64,000 nucleotides of DNA from Octopus sinensis (lineage: Eukaryota). The stretch lies in contig NC_042999.1 of the NCBI RefSeq assembly GCF_006345805.1, positions 142,290,001 to 142,354,000 of the forward strand, given 5' to 3'. Below, piece after piece: positions 22,901 through 37,200 of this stretch (positions are counted from its first letter, which is position 1; the number at the start of each line of letters is the position of its first letter). A program made the translations under genes and the position numbers. The notes under the pieces are model-generated. The model was not told the DNA's origin. It made no database searches and was given only the letters and a program-made list of their open reading frames with translations.

Positions 22901-25900
22901 CAAAATCAGCAAGGTACTGTACTTTAAAGCATACTACAAAATTCAGTGAATGTAAAATAGCTTTAATATAACATCATCACTTACCTTAAACCATAAGTTG
23001 GAGTGGATTATATAAAAGGTGACCAAGTTTTTCTTATATCTACAACAACAACAACAACAAAAAAGACAAAATATATATCTTCAAATTACAGTTTTCTGAA
23101 AGTAGTCAAAATTAATATTTTTGCAAAGGAACTGACAAGTTGATAGGTCATTAACCAGTTGGGTAATGTGTTCTTTGCAAAGCCAACAAAACTGCTACTT
23201 GACCAGTTTATTTTAATGTAAATAAGTTTGGTATAAATGCAATATTGTAAGATAGTGTGAACATTGAATAAAAGCAAATGAGACACTGATCTTCGAATGA
23301 AATGTGCAGACTTTGATAGGCTGTATAAAGATGTCGGACATTTTCTCTTTAAAATAAACTAGATGCTCAAGGCTGTTCTTAGATATATTAACAATGAGTA
23401 AACATGTGGGCAAAAAAACCGACACTGAGCTGAGGCCAAAGTCACACAAAAAAAAAAAAAACCATTGCTGACCATTACCCTGTACTGTAGAACAAATTTA
23501 AAATATACTTTATTAACTTTACAATTGTGAAATATTAAAGCTTGTTTATAGTGTTACATAATTTGCTGTTTAAATTTGTAGCAGACCTTATATAACATTA
23601 AGATGGATGGATGGATGCATGCATGTATGTATGTATGTATAGTGGTGGTGGGGTCAGAGATGTAGTCTGGAGCAAAGGGGAGTTGGAACTTATGAAACAA
23701 TCAGTTTATAGAAAGAGAATAAGGAACTCACTTATCATGTAGAACATTGTAGGCATATTTCAGGAAGGAAGTGGGAGCTAAATTGTCAACTGTTGTGAGA
23801 GTATGCAGGTAGATCACAGAATATTTGGTATCAGCAATGGAATCCATGACTTGAACAATATATTGTAAAACCTGATGTACAAAAGGAACAAAAAATATAA
23901 ACAAAATCAAAACAGTAACCTTAAAACGTTCTCAAATTTTCATACTGTCTGTTACAAAAAATTATCAACTTCAGAGGAATTAAATTTTAAATTGGAATTA
24001 AAAGTTGAAAAACTTTAATGAGATTTGTGTTTTCTGATAAAACCACTTCTACTAGAAATTTATGAAATTTAATATTTCAAGAAATAGCTATTATTTCCAT
24101 AAAATATATTAATCACTTGACTTGTAGCACAATAGTCTTTGAGTTTATCAACAACCCCCAGCTAGGAAATGATTTAAAATTTTAAGGGGACAGTAAAGAA
24201 CATTTTTTTTTATATTACTATTCAGTTTTAATCATATGGAGGGAATTTTTTTTTTTTATTAAAAACATAAGATAATGGAGAGAAATAAAAGATTGACTAA
24301 CATGAATTTAGCCTAATAATTGCTTGAAAGCTGGATCTTTGAATAAACCCCAAAGCCTAATTAGTTACTGGCAAATGGACAGAGAATAAACAAGCACAAT
24401 AACATCCCCATTAATGAGTGAACTACAGAATAGCTGCTCAACCCGTCAACAAATATTTTAAAATGAGAACCTCATATTTTCAGTTCTAAGTCAAAGACAA
24501 GATGACCTGAAAATTTAATCAAGAAATTTTGAACATTACCCTGATTTGAATGAACCCAAAAAAGCAAAATTGTTCATAGCTGCTCAAAAAGTGTTTCAAT
24601 TATTGTTGCTGCATGTTTTATGAGCATTTTATGGAATCAATACATTATATGGTCATGGTTTTGTGTTTTGCCAGCACCGCCCCGTTTCGTGTCCGTTGCC
24701 AGCCTCGCCTGGCCCTCGTGCCGGTGGCACATAAAAAGCACCATCCGTTCGTGGCCGTTTGCCAGCTCTGTCTGGCACCAGTGCGGGTGGCACGTAAAAA
24801 GCACCCACTACACTCACGGAGTGGTTGGCGTTAGGAAGGGCATCCAGCCGTAGAAACACTGCCAGATTTGACTGGGCCTGATGAAGCCTTCTGGCTTCAC
24901 AGACCCCAGTAGAACCGTCCAACCCATGCTAGCATGGAAAACGGACGCTAAATGATGATGATGATGATGACATCAATTTAGAACTGAAAATAATTTTAAC
25001 CAAGGAGGGTATTCTAGAGCGCTGTCTAATTAATAGCTATAATACAACCCCGCCCTATTTTTTACCCATCTGTACTCATCATCATCATCGTTTAATGTCT
25101 GCTTTCCATGCTGGCATGGGTAGGTGGGTTTAACTGAAAACTGGTAAGCCAGGAAGCTGCACCAAATCAGATCAGAACCTGGTGCACCTCCCTGGCTTAC
25201 TAGTTTTCAGTCAAATCAAAGTAGATGTTAAACCATGATGGTAATGATGAGTACAGATAGGTAAAAAAAAAAAATATATGTTAACAAAGGAAATAGGGAA
25301 ATAAACCTAGAATATCTCCAGCTCTTCCTACTCAACCACCAAAAATGAAAACTTTACTCCCCTAAAAAAACTGCCTGTCTGAAAAAAACTGATATATAAA
25401 TCTGAGGTGCAACTTCTTTCCCTTATACCTAAATAAAACTGCAACAAAGAAGTCAGAACATTACAAAATAAATCAACCTTTGTCAATATCAAGATAATTG
25501 TTATAAATGATATAATAAAAAGGTTTACTTTTTCTAAATCAATATGATTTACAGGAAGATTCTTGCCAATGAAGACTAGTACAGGTCTTCCAAGCCGATC
25601 AACACCTGTTTGATAAAAACACCTCAGGTGCGCAATATTGCTAGTATTTTCATCTTTAGCTTTTTGTAAAAATTTTTCATACCTAAAACAATGGAGAAAA
25701 TGTCATTAGTGTCATAAAACAACATTAACATAGAAGAATAAACAAAGCCTATTGCATTATTGAAGCTACAAGTAATTTAAAGGAGTGATTAGGAGGTGGC
25801 AAATATCAAGGGAAAATGATGGGGCATTGGGTGTTATTAAGAAGAGTCATATTTTTTTTCTTTCTTAGAAATAAATTGTTTAAACTGGGTTCAATACTTC

Positions 25901-28245
25901 TATTTTAAATAGACCTCACCCTCAAATCTTCAGAATTAGAATGAATGTGACAGAAATATGAATTACAATGCATTATGGTCCGATATAATTTCATTATAGA
26001 AATCCTTACCTTATAATTATCATAAACATTTAACAAGAAGTTAGGGACACCAATCTACAGAAATATCTAAAAGGGGGTATATATATACTGGATGGAAAAT
26101 ATCAAGAATGAATCACTGTGCAAATTTAACTTCTGTTTCATCAAAATAATGTTTTTGTTCCCTTCAAACATGCAGGAGGAGCATTTGTAAAATGCCATTC
26201 AATGAACAGGATCATTGAACTTACAGAAAGCTGAGAACTGCAGCTAATAGAATAAATTGATTGACTTATTTATATTAACTTAGGTAGGTTTTGGCCATTG
26301 TTGTCCTAGATCATGTCTAACAGCACTGCTGTCCCAATACCAATATCTTATAAAATATAGGGTGTTGGGAGAAGAAGTAGATATTAATGTTTACGATGCC
26401 AGCACCGCCTCGACTGGCTTCCGTGCCGGTGGCACATAAAATACACCAATCCGACCGTGGCCGTTGCCAGCCTCGCCTGGCACCTGTGCAGGTGGCACGT
26501 AAAAAGCACCCACTACACTCACGGAGTGGTTGGCGTTAGGAAGGGCATCCAGCTGTAGAAACATTGCCAGATTAGACTGGAGCCTGGTGCAGCCTTCTGG
26601 CTTCCCAGAACCCCGGTCGAATCGTCCAACCCATGCTAGCATGGAGAACGGACGTTAAACGATGATGATGATGATGGGGAAAATCCTTCTTAGAAGTTTC
26701 TATTTCTTTTTCACAATTACAACATATTACTCTTTTGTATTCCCTAATAATATAAAGCATGAACATCTCAACTTGTTTCAGAAAGCCTGTGTAGAGTTGC
26801 TTGAGCTGTTATTTCTAACAGCTAAATTTCATCTTAAAACACACCTTACTATCCTTTTGATCTGAGAACTAAACAAGAACAAGGGATATAAAACAAGTCT
26901 AAGGGAGGTAATTCTATCAAATTTCAACTGAAATTAGTAAAAAAAGACATTTTATCATATAGATAAAGTTAGTTATCTTAGTCTAATTCCAATACAGAAT
27001 GTTAATAAGATGCAGTGCAAACCCAAAATTTTCTTTTAGATGTTTTGCAAACAATTTTATAACTTGTAAGAAAAGTTTCATCTAAATATCATACATGTAA
27101 AGGTTGCTTTTTGTCTTTAAACTTCCTGAGATTGATAAAATTACTGTAACACTGGTCAGTTGGATATCATCATTCACTTTTCCATGCTTGTATGAGTTAG
27201 ATGGAGTTTATTGATGCAGATTTTTCTATAACCAGATGCCATTCCTGTCACCAAGCCTCATCTGTTTGCATGCCAGGTAATATTTCCACATGACCAGACA
27301 CGTTGTCACAGAACATTGGAAATGAATGATACTGCTTGTATGACAGTGACACTCATTTACAACTATCATGCAATGTGTATATATACATACATACAACAGG
27401 CTTCTATCAGCTTTTGTCTACCAAATCCACTAACAAAGCTTTGGTTGGCCTGGGGCTATAGTAGAAGACACTTGTTCAAGGTGCTGGGACCAAACCTGAA
27501 ACCATGCTGAAAAGCAAATTTCTTAACCATATAGCCATGTGTGCATCAACATTTTGAAAATTCGTATAACTGCATACTGTTGCATAAAACCGGTGTTGCA
27601 GCTAATTACTTTTTCTACACTTATTCAACTATGATGTAGATGTAGAATTTGTCAGCAGTGAGACTGACTACTGAAAATTTTTGTCTCCACCCCCATCCTC
27701 ACTAGTGTTGGCTTGAGCAGAGTCAAAATTAATTTTCTTTTAAGTTCATAACAGGACCCATTTTTATCTTTCTGAGAGGACTTAGCTTGCTTTGCAAGTT
27801 CAGTCATAATACACAGCACCTTCAACAAGTACCTTCTACTAAAGCACCAGGCCCTGTGAGTGAATTTGGTAGACAGAAACTGTGTGGAATCTTGTCATAT
27901 ATAATCATTATTGCTTACTGTTTGCTTTCTAAGCTGACATGGGTTGAATGTTTTGACAGGAACTGGCAAACCACAAGATTGTGCCAAGCTTTACTGTCTA
28001 CTTTGGCATGGTTTCTACAGCTTGATGCTCTTCCTAATGCCAACCACTTTACAGAGTGTATTAGGTACTTTTTATGTGGTACCATCACAACTGAGGTCAC
28101 CAGATCCCTTGCAAGACAAGACCTCCCCAACTGAGTGGAGAGAGTAGTAGTAATGACTGAAGTGGCTTTGTGCCAGATGAGAGATTAGAGGGATAGAAAT
28201 TGATGTCTTGCAGTAGAGTAGATGTATGGCTACTCCAGTTAGAAA

Positions 28246-28279
<34 letters not shown>

Positions 28280-31200
28280 TGAAGATGTGTCAGGGCATAC
28301 CCTCAAGTTACAGGGGGTATTATACAGGTGAAATGGTACAGATGATAGGTTAGAGTTAGTGGGCAGGTAACTTTGCAAGAGTGCACAAGGATAGTGGGAG
28401 ACGGAGGGGAGAAGAATGCAGTGAGTAAACATAGGTGGAAAGCACTGAGGTTGGTTTGTTTGACTAAAACCCTCCAAGGCAGTGTCCCAGCATGATCACA
28501 GTCCAATGATTGAAACAAACAAAAGATAAAAAGACAATTTCTAAAAGAAAAACAAAATGTCAAAAGGCAAAATAAAAGAAAAAATAGTTCAAACTCACTG
28601 TTTTACTTTCTCCTTTTCTCTTTGTTCTACAGAAGGTTTGCACTGCAGTGAGGTCAGTCGTTCTTTATCTTTATCCTCCTTCATTTGTGCAAAAGGATGT
28701 CGTCCAACTTCAGGGCCATCAGGTGATCGAAATTCTTGATTAAGATCTATAGTTTCATCAAACTCTTTACCTTGTGTTTCTGGAAATGGAGAAATGGTTT
28801 TGAGATTCAAAGCAGTCAAAGAAACAAAATTCAAAAAATTGGAAATTCATTTTCATTGCTTAACTTTCTTATCATAGAAAGGAAAGTTACATTAATGGAG
28901 TTAAATCAACTAGAAAAGACGGTAATGATGCTTTACAATGTTACCTGCAACAACTTATGTGTTACTTCTTTAAAGAATCTGTAGAAAACAAGCCAAAAAT
29001 GGAACCCAATAGGTGGTGGCTTGATTTGCTAGAAATAATAACCAAGTATTTCTAAAATTATATCTTCAAGAACAAATAAAATAAAGACATTAAATAATAT
29101 GGTCTTAAGTAACTAACTATCTTTGAAAATAAGTTGGAATACCTTTGAAAGGTACACAACTCTGACTTTACTTATAATTTCTAATTTAGGTACAACGGAT
29201 AGGGCGAATCGATTACACTGACCTCGGTACTTGACTGGTACTTTATTTTACTCACTTCGAAAAGTTGAAAAGCAAAGTTGACTATAGTGACTATAACTGG
29301 TGGCAATAGTCCTTTGGGGATTGACTATTTTAGAACACAAAGAGCTAAAGTAAATATAACAAGGTATTTTATTCCAAAGTTTTAACAATTTCGCCAGCTT
29401 GTTGTACTTCAGTATTAATAATTCTGTTCCTACTTTATGATTGTGTGTTTAGAAAAAAAAGCATCCACGTGGCAAATGTTTTCTATAGTAAAACCCATTC
29501 CAACCATGCTAGCAGGTAAAAAACAACAATAAAAAAATAAAAAAAAACATGTGGTAGATGTCAGAATCCAGAGATACCTCATGGGAGTTGGTAATGTGCT
29601 TTTATATTCTGAATTCAAATCCTGCCCAGATTGACTTAGCTTCCATCCTGTTATAATCGATAAAATAATTGCTGATGAAGTATAGAATCAATAAAATCAA
29701 CTATACCCTTGAAAGTGATGCCCCAGCATGGGCACGGTTCAATGACAAACTGGGAATATATTAAAAGAAACCCCACAAAAGAGATTACACTTCTATTTAC
29801 TAGACAACTAGATACATTTCCACAAGAGCTCAATGAAAGAAGCAACACAGACAAAGAAAGTACTTACTTAAAGCAGCAAATGCTGGCTTGTCTATAATTC
29901 GAATTTTCCGCTCAGGTATTACAGGTTCTCCCTCCTCATTTCCAATATTTTCAGGTAAATAATTCCTGGCTTCCATTTCTTCTTTCCAGTTTCGTGGGAA
30001 ATACAATGGCATGAGTTGCTGGTAAACTTCCTAGAGAAATAAAAGAAAACAAAAAGGTTACAATTTCAAACCTTATTACAGGCATTATGTTTCTAAGAAA
30101 GACAAACATAACTCTACTAACTTCAGTTATCCAGATGAATATGGATAAAATACAATTAATATCTTAGTTTTTATCCATTTAGATTCTGGGAAAGGATTAC
30201 TTTTGTTTTGTTGCAGTTACTGGTGGTGGTTAACCCCAGATCAACCCTGATCAAGCAGAGTAATAATCACAAGCATTCCAGCCATAGCCATCTCATCCTT
30301 TTAAAGTCTACACTATTCAATGTGTTATTTCCCTATTTAAAACAGCAAGGTGTGATTTGAGTGAGATTTGGCTGTAATCTCAAGCAGGTCAAGCTGTTGG
30401 TTGAGTTGATAGTAAGTTGATATATTTATATCTCTTCACCTCTTAGCAATGAATAATTCAGACTCCATGACTCAGTTAACTTGAATGGCTACCGTGAATT
30501 GGTACAGCTTCCTGCTGCAAAAAGTGAGAGCAATTGTATGAGTAATGATTCTGTAATTAACTTGATATGCTGAGTTCAAGTCCTTCTTTGAGCAGGCAAT
30601 GAGAAACCACCCATGTATTTTGGTCAAAATATCTAGAAATTAGCAAGATTACCAAGTATAGATTCTTAATGATACAAAATGGTAGAAATCAACAATAACA
30701 AAAGAAAATTATAATCCTTTCTACTATAAGCACAAAACCTGAAATTTGTAGGGAAAGGGTAGTCAATTACATTAAAACCAATGCTCAACTGGTACTTATT
30801 TCATTCACCCCGAAAAGATAAAAGGCAAAATTGACCACAGCTGAATTTGAACTGAAAACTTAAAACTGGAAGAAATGTTGCTGAGCATTTTGTCTGGCAG
30901 GGTAATGATCCTGTCAGCTTGCCACCTTAAAAATAATAATTACTGGAATGCATCAGTTATATTTCTAAGGTATTTTTAAATAGCTGAGAGGCATCTCATC
31001 ACTAAACTTATGGTTTATAATGAAGGACTACATTACAACAGAAGTACAGCTGTGGATATATTTAATTGCAAATAGTTAATTGTAAAATCCTATTTACAAT
31101 TAAACAAATTTCCATTTCTGATGAGTAAGTTAAAAAAAAAATCTAACTATTTTGCAACAACGGCAAATGACTAAAACCAAATCTGACGCCAAGATTGTCA

Positions 31201-34200
31201 AAATAGGAAATATTACTATATCTATGTGGGCTGTAAAAAGCTTAAAATTGATCAGCATCCATAACTTATTGAAATCTGTATAGATGAGATTGTAAACTAT
31301 AATATTTTCAGTCTTATAAATAAAATATGAAGTAACAATAGTCACTGAATGAAAGCCATTGAATGTAGTGTGGTGTGAAGGTAAAGATTGTTTACAATCA
31401 ATTGGATTGACTAAGATTGATATTTGTTTCATTAATCCTGATGAATAAAGAAGCTGAGCCCAAAGAAGATCAAAAGAAAATGTTTGCCCTAAATGTATTG
31501 GATCAGATTGGAGCCTGGTGCTGCCTACTGGCTTTCCAGTCCTCTGTCAAACCGTCCAATGCATGCTAGCATAGAAAGTGGACATTAAATGATGATGATG
31601 AAGATGATGTAGAAGCTATAATGCATGCTCTTAGCATTATTAGTATGGTCCCCCTCTGAAAGGGACTTGAGCAGTCTCTCACTTGGGGTGTATTAATGTT
31701 AAAGATAAGACTAGATAAGCTTTTAGTATTTGAAATGGAAGGTCTAGAGAATTCAAGAGTTCAAATAATTTTATCTAAATTGAGAATCACATTTCTTGCC
31801 TGTTACTCCTGTTTACTCTTTGATATAGGATTTCATCTAAGTGGATCTCCTTGAATAACTACTCGGTATGGATGCACTAAATGTGCAAACTTATAGTCAT
31901 AAGTGTTCCAGCTGTGCCTCTCCGGTCTTGTTTTGAGGTGTAGTGAATAAAAGACTACATTATTCAATGCATTTTCCTTTGAAAAATAGTAGAGGGTAAT
32001 CTGAGCGAGATTTGGTAGCTATTTCTAGCAGTTTAAAACTACACAGAAGCTTCCTTTACTTATGTAGATCTATTTATTACACACTGTCAGTAGATTCACA
32101 CTTTAATGGATTAAAAGATGAGCAATTAATAGCTTAGCTGAATGTTTACTGTCAGAGTACATTCAATTTTACTATTTTGCCCTTGTGACTGGCCAAACAC
32201 TACACTCTCAATAATAACACAAAAATAAAAACAATAAAGACCTTACCATCACTTCTTCATCTGCTGTAACAAATATAATTGTTTCAAAGTTACTGCCAAA
32301 TTTCTCTAAGAATCTACGTACTGTTCCTGGAGAAAGATAAAAGATAAAGAAAAATGAATTGGAGGAAGGTGAGCAGTTGAGTTGGAAATAGGTATAGAAA
32401 GTTACATTCCATTGTATTGGTATATAATACAAACACACATCTATGTATGTATGAGACAACTTACTGAGGGCTGCAGACCAGTTCTGTGGTTTATGCAAGA
32501 TTCTAGCCAGAGTGACATGATAGCAAGGTAGTAGTGAAGCAAGAATCAGGAAAAGCAGGATGCAGGTTACAAAGAGAGCAGTAAGAAACAATATCAAATA
32601 AGTAGGTGAGAAGGAAACGGAGAAATAAGAAGATCAGAGTGTGGTGTTCTGGACAAAGTACAAGAAAAAATTGAAACATTAGGAAGAAGTGTCTACAAAA
32701 TGAAGATGGCACATTTGTCCTTATTATCACTGAAAAGAAAGAGATATGAAAATTCTTTGATTTGACGTAGTTGAAAAAGGTGGAAGTATAGAAGAGAGAT
32801 GACCTACATCAAGTAAGCCAAACAAAGAAATCAGACAATGCAGTTGACAGCCATGTGGTTGAAAGCATAACGACAAGAAATGCCCTTCCTAAGACCAATT
32901 ATTTTACAGATTGTACTGGGTATATTTTACCATGGAACCAAGATTAAAAAAGTTGTCGTGATTAAAAGGTCTGCTTGACCCTACATTGTCTCTGCTCATT
33001 CAGTCATTTTACGGAGTGTATTGTGTGTATTTTAACATGGCACACGCACTAGTAATATTGCCTTGTACCCCACCAAGACAAAAGAAAATCTTTATCACTG
33101 TATGTTGATTCCATTTGAGGTACTGCAGCCACCAATAAAGTAGATAGAGCAGAGGATGTGAGAAGACAGAGTGATTGGGATGACAGTATGGAAGGAAGAA
33201 GAAATAGGAGTGACTATTCTAGACTTGATGAAGAAGGACAGTAACGACAGAGAAACAGTGAAGGCAGGGACATAGTAAACGACGATGTAATGAGAGAGAA
33301 TAATTGCAGTGTGTGGAGGAGAAAGAGAGAGGGAGCAAAGGATGAGTAGTTGTAAACTAGAGTAATATTAGTTGGTAAGAGAGAGTAAAAGAGAGTGAAT
33401 GACGAATAGCGAGATGGCATCTTAAGAGATTATCAGATGTCAATAAAGGGGCGATCTGATTATTTACTATTAATCATAGATTCATGAGATCAAACTATAC
33501 TATATATCAAGCTATGTTACTGCAGTATGTGACCTATTACAAGATACAAAACATAGCTTGTTTCAGCCTGCACAATTACCAACAGACTCCTTTTTAATTT
33601 GTAGTTAGGAGGTTTGCAATATGAAACCATACAGCTGTAAAAAAAAAAACTTATTACACTTATATACAATGTTAAAAAATTACATTTGAAAACAGTCATC
33701 TGGTCATGGCATGAGGAAAAAAAAGTAAAAGGAAAATGCGAGAATACTCACTGATGGCTAAATGTGCACCATCTATAAGGGGATATCCTCGCTGTGATGA
33801 GTGGATTGGACAAATACCCACAGACTGGATATTGTGTTCCCTGTAGAATAACATAGGAAATGTAATATAAATTTTCTCCTTCTCTGTGAGTGTGTGTGTG
33901 TGTATATATATATATATTTATATATAGAGTGCAATGTTATAAGACATTTGTAACACGAGTGAAATGATACCAAATAAACTGGAGTAAAATGGAATTTTAC
34001 TTATTATGAGTCAACAACTATGAGCATGCTCCATTGGATGAGCAGTGTAGGTGTGCATGAGTGTCACAGTGTAGATGTGCTGAGAGAAGGACTGGACATA
34101 GGAGGAGTTGGATGTGGTATTCAGGAGGGAAGACTGTGCCAGTACAGATGTATGATGTATGATAACAGCTGTATAAAGTGCCGATCACTAAACATGGCTG

Positions 34201-37200
34201 GAGCTTGTGGATGAAGAAGTTCCAGGAAGACATGAAATGGTAAAGGTTGATCTCAGGACCTGGGCCTCACTGAGGAAATGACCAGGGAACAAGATCTCAG
34301 GTGATACAAAGTTCTCATGAAAACCTGCCCACCAGGACTAAATTGACTTCTGGAAGCTCTGCTCAATATCATCATCATTTAATGTCTGCTTTCCATGCTG
34401 GTATGGGTTGGACGGTTTGACTGAAAACTGGTAAGCAGGGGGCTGCACCTCCATATAATACAGTATAATGCATGCACTGCAGTCAATTCTCACAGAGCTT
34501 AAAGGCATCCTGCACTCATTGCGTATGGATGAGGACCTGCCCACTTTTCCCACCAATCACCTTTCTGTGCCTTACTCTATCCTTAACACATCTATTATCC
34601 TGCTATCACCCCTCAGTGCCCTCACATATCTACTGTAATCCCACTGAGCTACTCCCATATTTCTCAACATCACTTGCTACAATAACCTCTATCTCATCTC
34701 CAGTCATCTCTCCTCACACTCTTATGAAAACATCGCTCTTCTATATCCCCTTCCCACTCTATCCAATCTACTACACTAATATTCACCTCCACTGTACCTT
34801 GTGAATATATCCCAACATCACCACAACCAGCTCTCTCACTTTTTCCCTTTCCTTTTTCAACTGGGGTAGCCAAGTATTTCCTCTGCAGTGAGACATCTAT
34901 CTTTATCCCTCTGTTATATTTTATCCACTCATCAACTGGTACAAATCCACCTCCCTCAATACTGTTCCCTCTTCCAGTTGAAGACTCTTTGTTTTGCAAT
35001 TTACTTGGTGACCTTGCCAGTGCTGGAGCCATGTAAAATGTGCTGGTGCTACATGAAAAGCACCCAATGCACTCTGTAAAGTGATTGGTGTTAGGAGGGG
35101 CATCCAGTTATGCCAAAACAGACAATGAAACCTGGTGCAGCCCTCTGGCTTGACAGCTCCATCAAACCATCCAACCCATGCCAGCAGGCATTGGTTGAAT
35201 GGATGTTAAATGATGAGGATGATATATATAATTGTTGTTGATATCTATGTATCTATATGTACTATAATTATGCCCATCATATGCACTCAGGAATGAATTA
35301 GTAGATTAGTAGCATGTACAGTAGTGTAGCTAATTTCAGGGATTTAGGGTACTCTTGTAGTTGCAAGCATATATAGATACACCTGCCCTTCCACTCTTGA
35401 CTCAACAGAACATCCAGGATGTCAGAACTGGAAGGGGAGAAGGTTGCACTAGTTCTAGACAAGTACTTTATTTATCAACATCAAAAGAATGATAGGTGAA
35501 GTTGACTTTGATGAGGTTTGAACTCAGAGCACAGAGAATTGGAGATAGTTTCTTAGCATTTATGGTTCTTTAATGCTTCAAAAGAGGCATGCAATATGGC
35601 TGTAGAAGTGGGAATGGGTAGGTGTTACCATAGATTTGTGGGTTTGTCTGGAGTGTATGAATTTCTAGAAGTAGAGTGAGGAGCTTACAGTAGGCTGGCT
35701 AATTGGAGAATACATGCACACACAGACCCTGATGGGCTCCAGTACATTTTCCTTCCACCATTTCTACTGGATAATAGTTGGATTTGTCAAACTTTTGCTG
35801 GTGCCTAGACATCAAAACTTCACTAGTTTCTCATCTACCATCAAAACTGCATTGTACTCTTGGTAAATGTGTTTAACTTGCATTGGCCCAGTAAATTTAT
35901 AGTTATATAACTACTACATTAGTTATAAATACCAAATATTTCATTAGTCTGTAGTGTTAAGCTCAGATTGTGCATGGTGGGGGGAAACCACTCCCACAAA
36001 ATTTTGCTAAAATTACTAATTAACATACTGAAGTGCTAGAAAACCATTGTTTGACAACCTATATTCAATATCCTCAAACTCACATAAATTTTATGATAAT
36101 ATGTTCTAGTCTGATTTGATGCATTTAATTGCAGTCCACTTCATCATCATCATCGTTTAACGTCTGTTTTCCATGCTGGCATGGGTTGGACGGTTCGACT
36201 AGGGTCTGGGAAGTTAGGAGGCTGCACCAGGCCCCAATCTGATCTGGAAGTGTTTCTACAGCTGGATGCCCTTCCTAACGCCTACTACTCCAAGAGTGTA
36301 GTTGGTGCTTTTTACGTGTCACTGGCACAGAGGCCAAGAGAGCTGTCATCAACCATAATCAGATAGTGCTTTTTATGTACCACCGGCATGGAAGCCAGTC
36401 AAGGCGGCATTGGCATTGGCCACGTTTGGATGGTGCTTTTTATGTGCCACCGGCACAGGGGTCACAACTACAATTTCCATTTGATTTTGATGTTAATGTA
36501 CTTGACTTAATAGGTCTCCTCAAGCACAGCATGTCGCCCGACGATCCAAGGTACTTTTGAATGGGCTGGTTATGTGACACTGGTGTAGGTTACAGCCGTG
36601 AACTCACTTTATTTGCCAGGTCTTCTCAGTCACAACATACCTCCAGAGGCCTTGGTCTTTTGTCATTGCCTCTGAGGCCCAATGTTTGATGATCATGCTT
36701 CACCACCTCATCACATATCTTCCTGACTCTCCATCTACCCCAGATTCCTTCCACTGTTTGGGAGTGACACTTCTTCACCCAGCTCTCCTCATCCATTTAC
36801 AGTACATTACCATAGCAATGCAAATGTCTCTCTTGCATGCCACATCTGATGCTTCTCATGTCTAACATTTCTCTTAGTGCACTTACACTGTTGTGTGTGC
36901 ACACTGACATTACACATCCAGTGGATTATGCTAGATTCATTTCTTTCGAGTCTATGCAAGTCTTCAGCAGTCATGGCCCATATTTCACAGCCATGAAGCA
37001 TGGCAATTCGCACACATGCATCATACAATCTACCTTTCACTCTGAGCGAGAGGCCCTTTGTCACCAGTAGGGGTAGAAGCTTTCTGAACTTTGCCCAGGC
37101 TATTCTTATTCTAGTAGTAACACTTTCTGAGCATCCATTCATTTGCTTTAAATAATAACCAAATCTTCCTCAAACCATATCCTGCAATCTTAAAAAGTAA

